DNA of 63,037 nt, the filler included, from Octopus bimaculoides (lineage: Eukaryota): the NCBI RefSeq assembly GCF_001194135.2. It is 6 parts of 5 records of this genome, joined end to end, with 100 filler letters (N's around TTAATTAATTAA, not from the genome) between each part and the next. Parts side by side here need not be neighbours in the genome. Positions count along the whole stretch, not along the records: positions 59,564 to 63,037 come from NC_069000.1; 5 more parts are not named here. One strand, written 5' to 3'. The notes beneath the pieces were generated by a model, which saw only the letters and a list, made by a program, of their open reading frames with translations, did no database searches and had not been told where the DNA came from. Position numbers and translations under genes: made by a program. This document shows, one piece after another, positions 61,784 through 63,037 of the stretch; positions within the stretch are counted from its first letter, which is position 1, and each line of letters begins with the position of its first letter.

Positions 61784-62004
61784 ACATTTAGCATTCAGTT
61801 TATTCTGTCAAATGTGATATGTATTAATTCCCATTGTTTTTAATTAATCATGCAATATCTTGCAGCTTTGAGATTTCAATGATATGATTATATATTTTTA
61901 GATTGACAGTGTAGGGTAGGTATTAAGAGGCCAGATTTTGACAGTTTGAACGCACAACAGGTAGAATATTTGGGCTGGATATGGACAGTTTGAATGCTAA
62001 AAGG
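61784..62004. mobile_element. piggyBac-type MITE, second copy
   Basis: TTAA at 61780-61783 and 62005-62008; reverse-complement homologue of 48843-49041. Confidence 0.78.
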
Positions 62005-62374
62005 TTAAGGAATTTTCAGATGTAGCAACTGAAAGAAAAAGACAATTATGGAATGATAGAGACTTATATGGAATGAGAGTGACACATAGGGAATGGTAGA
62101 GAGAAGGAGAAAGAAAGGAAACAAGGCCATTCGCATGTTCATTTCCACATTCATATAAACAGCCTGATTCCACTCACAAGGAATTGGTCAGCCTGGGTTT
62201 TTAGTCAAGAAAAAAAAAAAAAAAAAAAAGGCTCAAGAAGCTTGTATATCAGGTTTGAACTTAAAATCATGTGGTTATGAAGTGAGTTATGTAAGCAAAC
62301 AGTCATACATTTGCATGCATATGTTTATATAATAGAATACAATACAATAAAACAATGGATACACATTAATCATC

Positions 62375-62379
<5 letters not shown>

Positions 62380-62438
<59 letters not shown>

Positions 62439-62527
62439 ATGCACATATATATATATATATATATATATTTTTTATTCTCTTATTGTTTTACTTGTTTCAG
62501 TCATTTGACAGTGACCATCTTGGAGCA

Positions 62528-62609
<82 letters not shown>

Positions 62610-62622
62610 TGTATGTATGTAT
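62380..62622. repeat. Compound (TG)n/(TA)n/(CA)n/(TATG)n microsatellites
   Basis: Directly visible; similar compound tracts at 47720-47860, 51560-51640 and 55380-55790. Confidence 0.95.
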
Positions 62623-63037
62623 CAAATATTTTCTTTATGACAAAAAGTATTACACTCTGAACCTCATAAGTTTCATCTTCAAAAACAATCAACAGGAGGA
62701 AATTGTTATTATTCATTATATGGATTATTATTCATTGTACGATATTTTTCATTATATAAATCCCAAAAAGTATCCGACACAAAGGAGATCCAATTTCATG
62801 AATATACAAACAGTTGTAATCAGTGTGTGTAATGTTTTTATTACACGAAAATAGTGACAAGACAGACAAGAGAGCCATCACCTTGCATCATTCGAAATAA
62901 CCTCCCAAATGAAATAAATTCGTATCAATATGTGGTTATAGAATTTCAAGATTTTATGCAGAAGAAGACTACATTCTTTTGGAAAGTATGCAAGTATATG
63001 TGTGAAAATGTATGTATGTATGTACATATATATATAT

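Overview
AT-rich, repeat-dense animal genomic DNA. The SINE families, tandem C2H2 zinc-finger genes and microsatellite load point to a coleoid cephalopod, most likely Octopus (recognised from memory, no database search). The window is not contiguous: five identical N44-TTAATTAATTAA-N44 spacers split it into six pieces (1-9338, 9439-37750, 37851-44840, 44941-56938, 57039-59463, 59564-63037). Host genes are two single-exon C2H2 zinc-finger arrays (14557-15669 with 12 fingers plus 1 degenerate; 36028-36936 with 9 fingers) and five exons of a divergent SLC6 amino-acid-type transporter (39412-44408), cut off by a join. The rest is mobile-element debris: several SINE families, CsRn1-like Gypsy, solo LTRs, Penelope-like elements, Tx1/L1, CRE, R4/Dong, CR1, Sola-like, hAT, pogo, mariner, piggyBac-type and other MITEs. 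Best candidates for something new: (1) a short unit with a tRNA-derived head plus hammerhead-ribozyme parts, found both at a Penelope 3' end and on its own; (2) Tx1/L1-like elements that seem to carry ORF1 only; (3) a long-TIR foldback element with a degenerate (TTAGGG)n core. All family names come from motif recognition and need confirmation.
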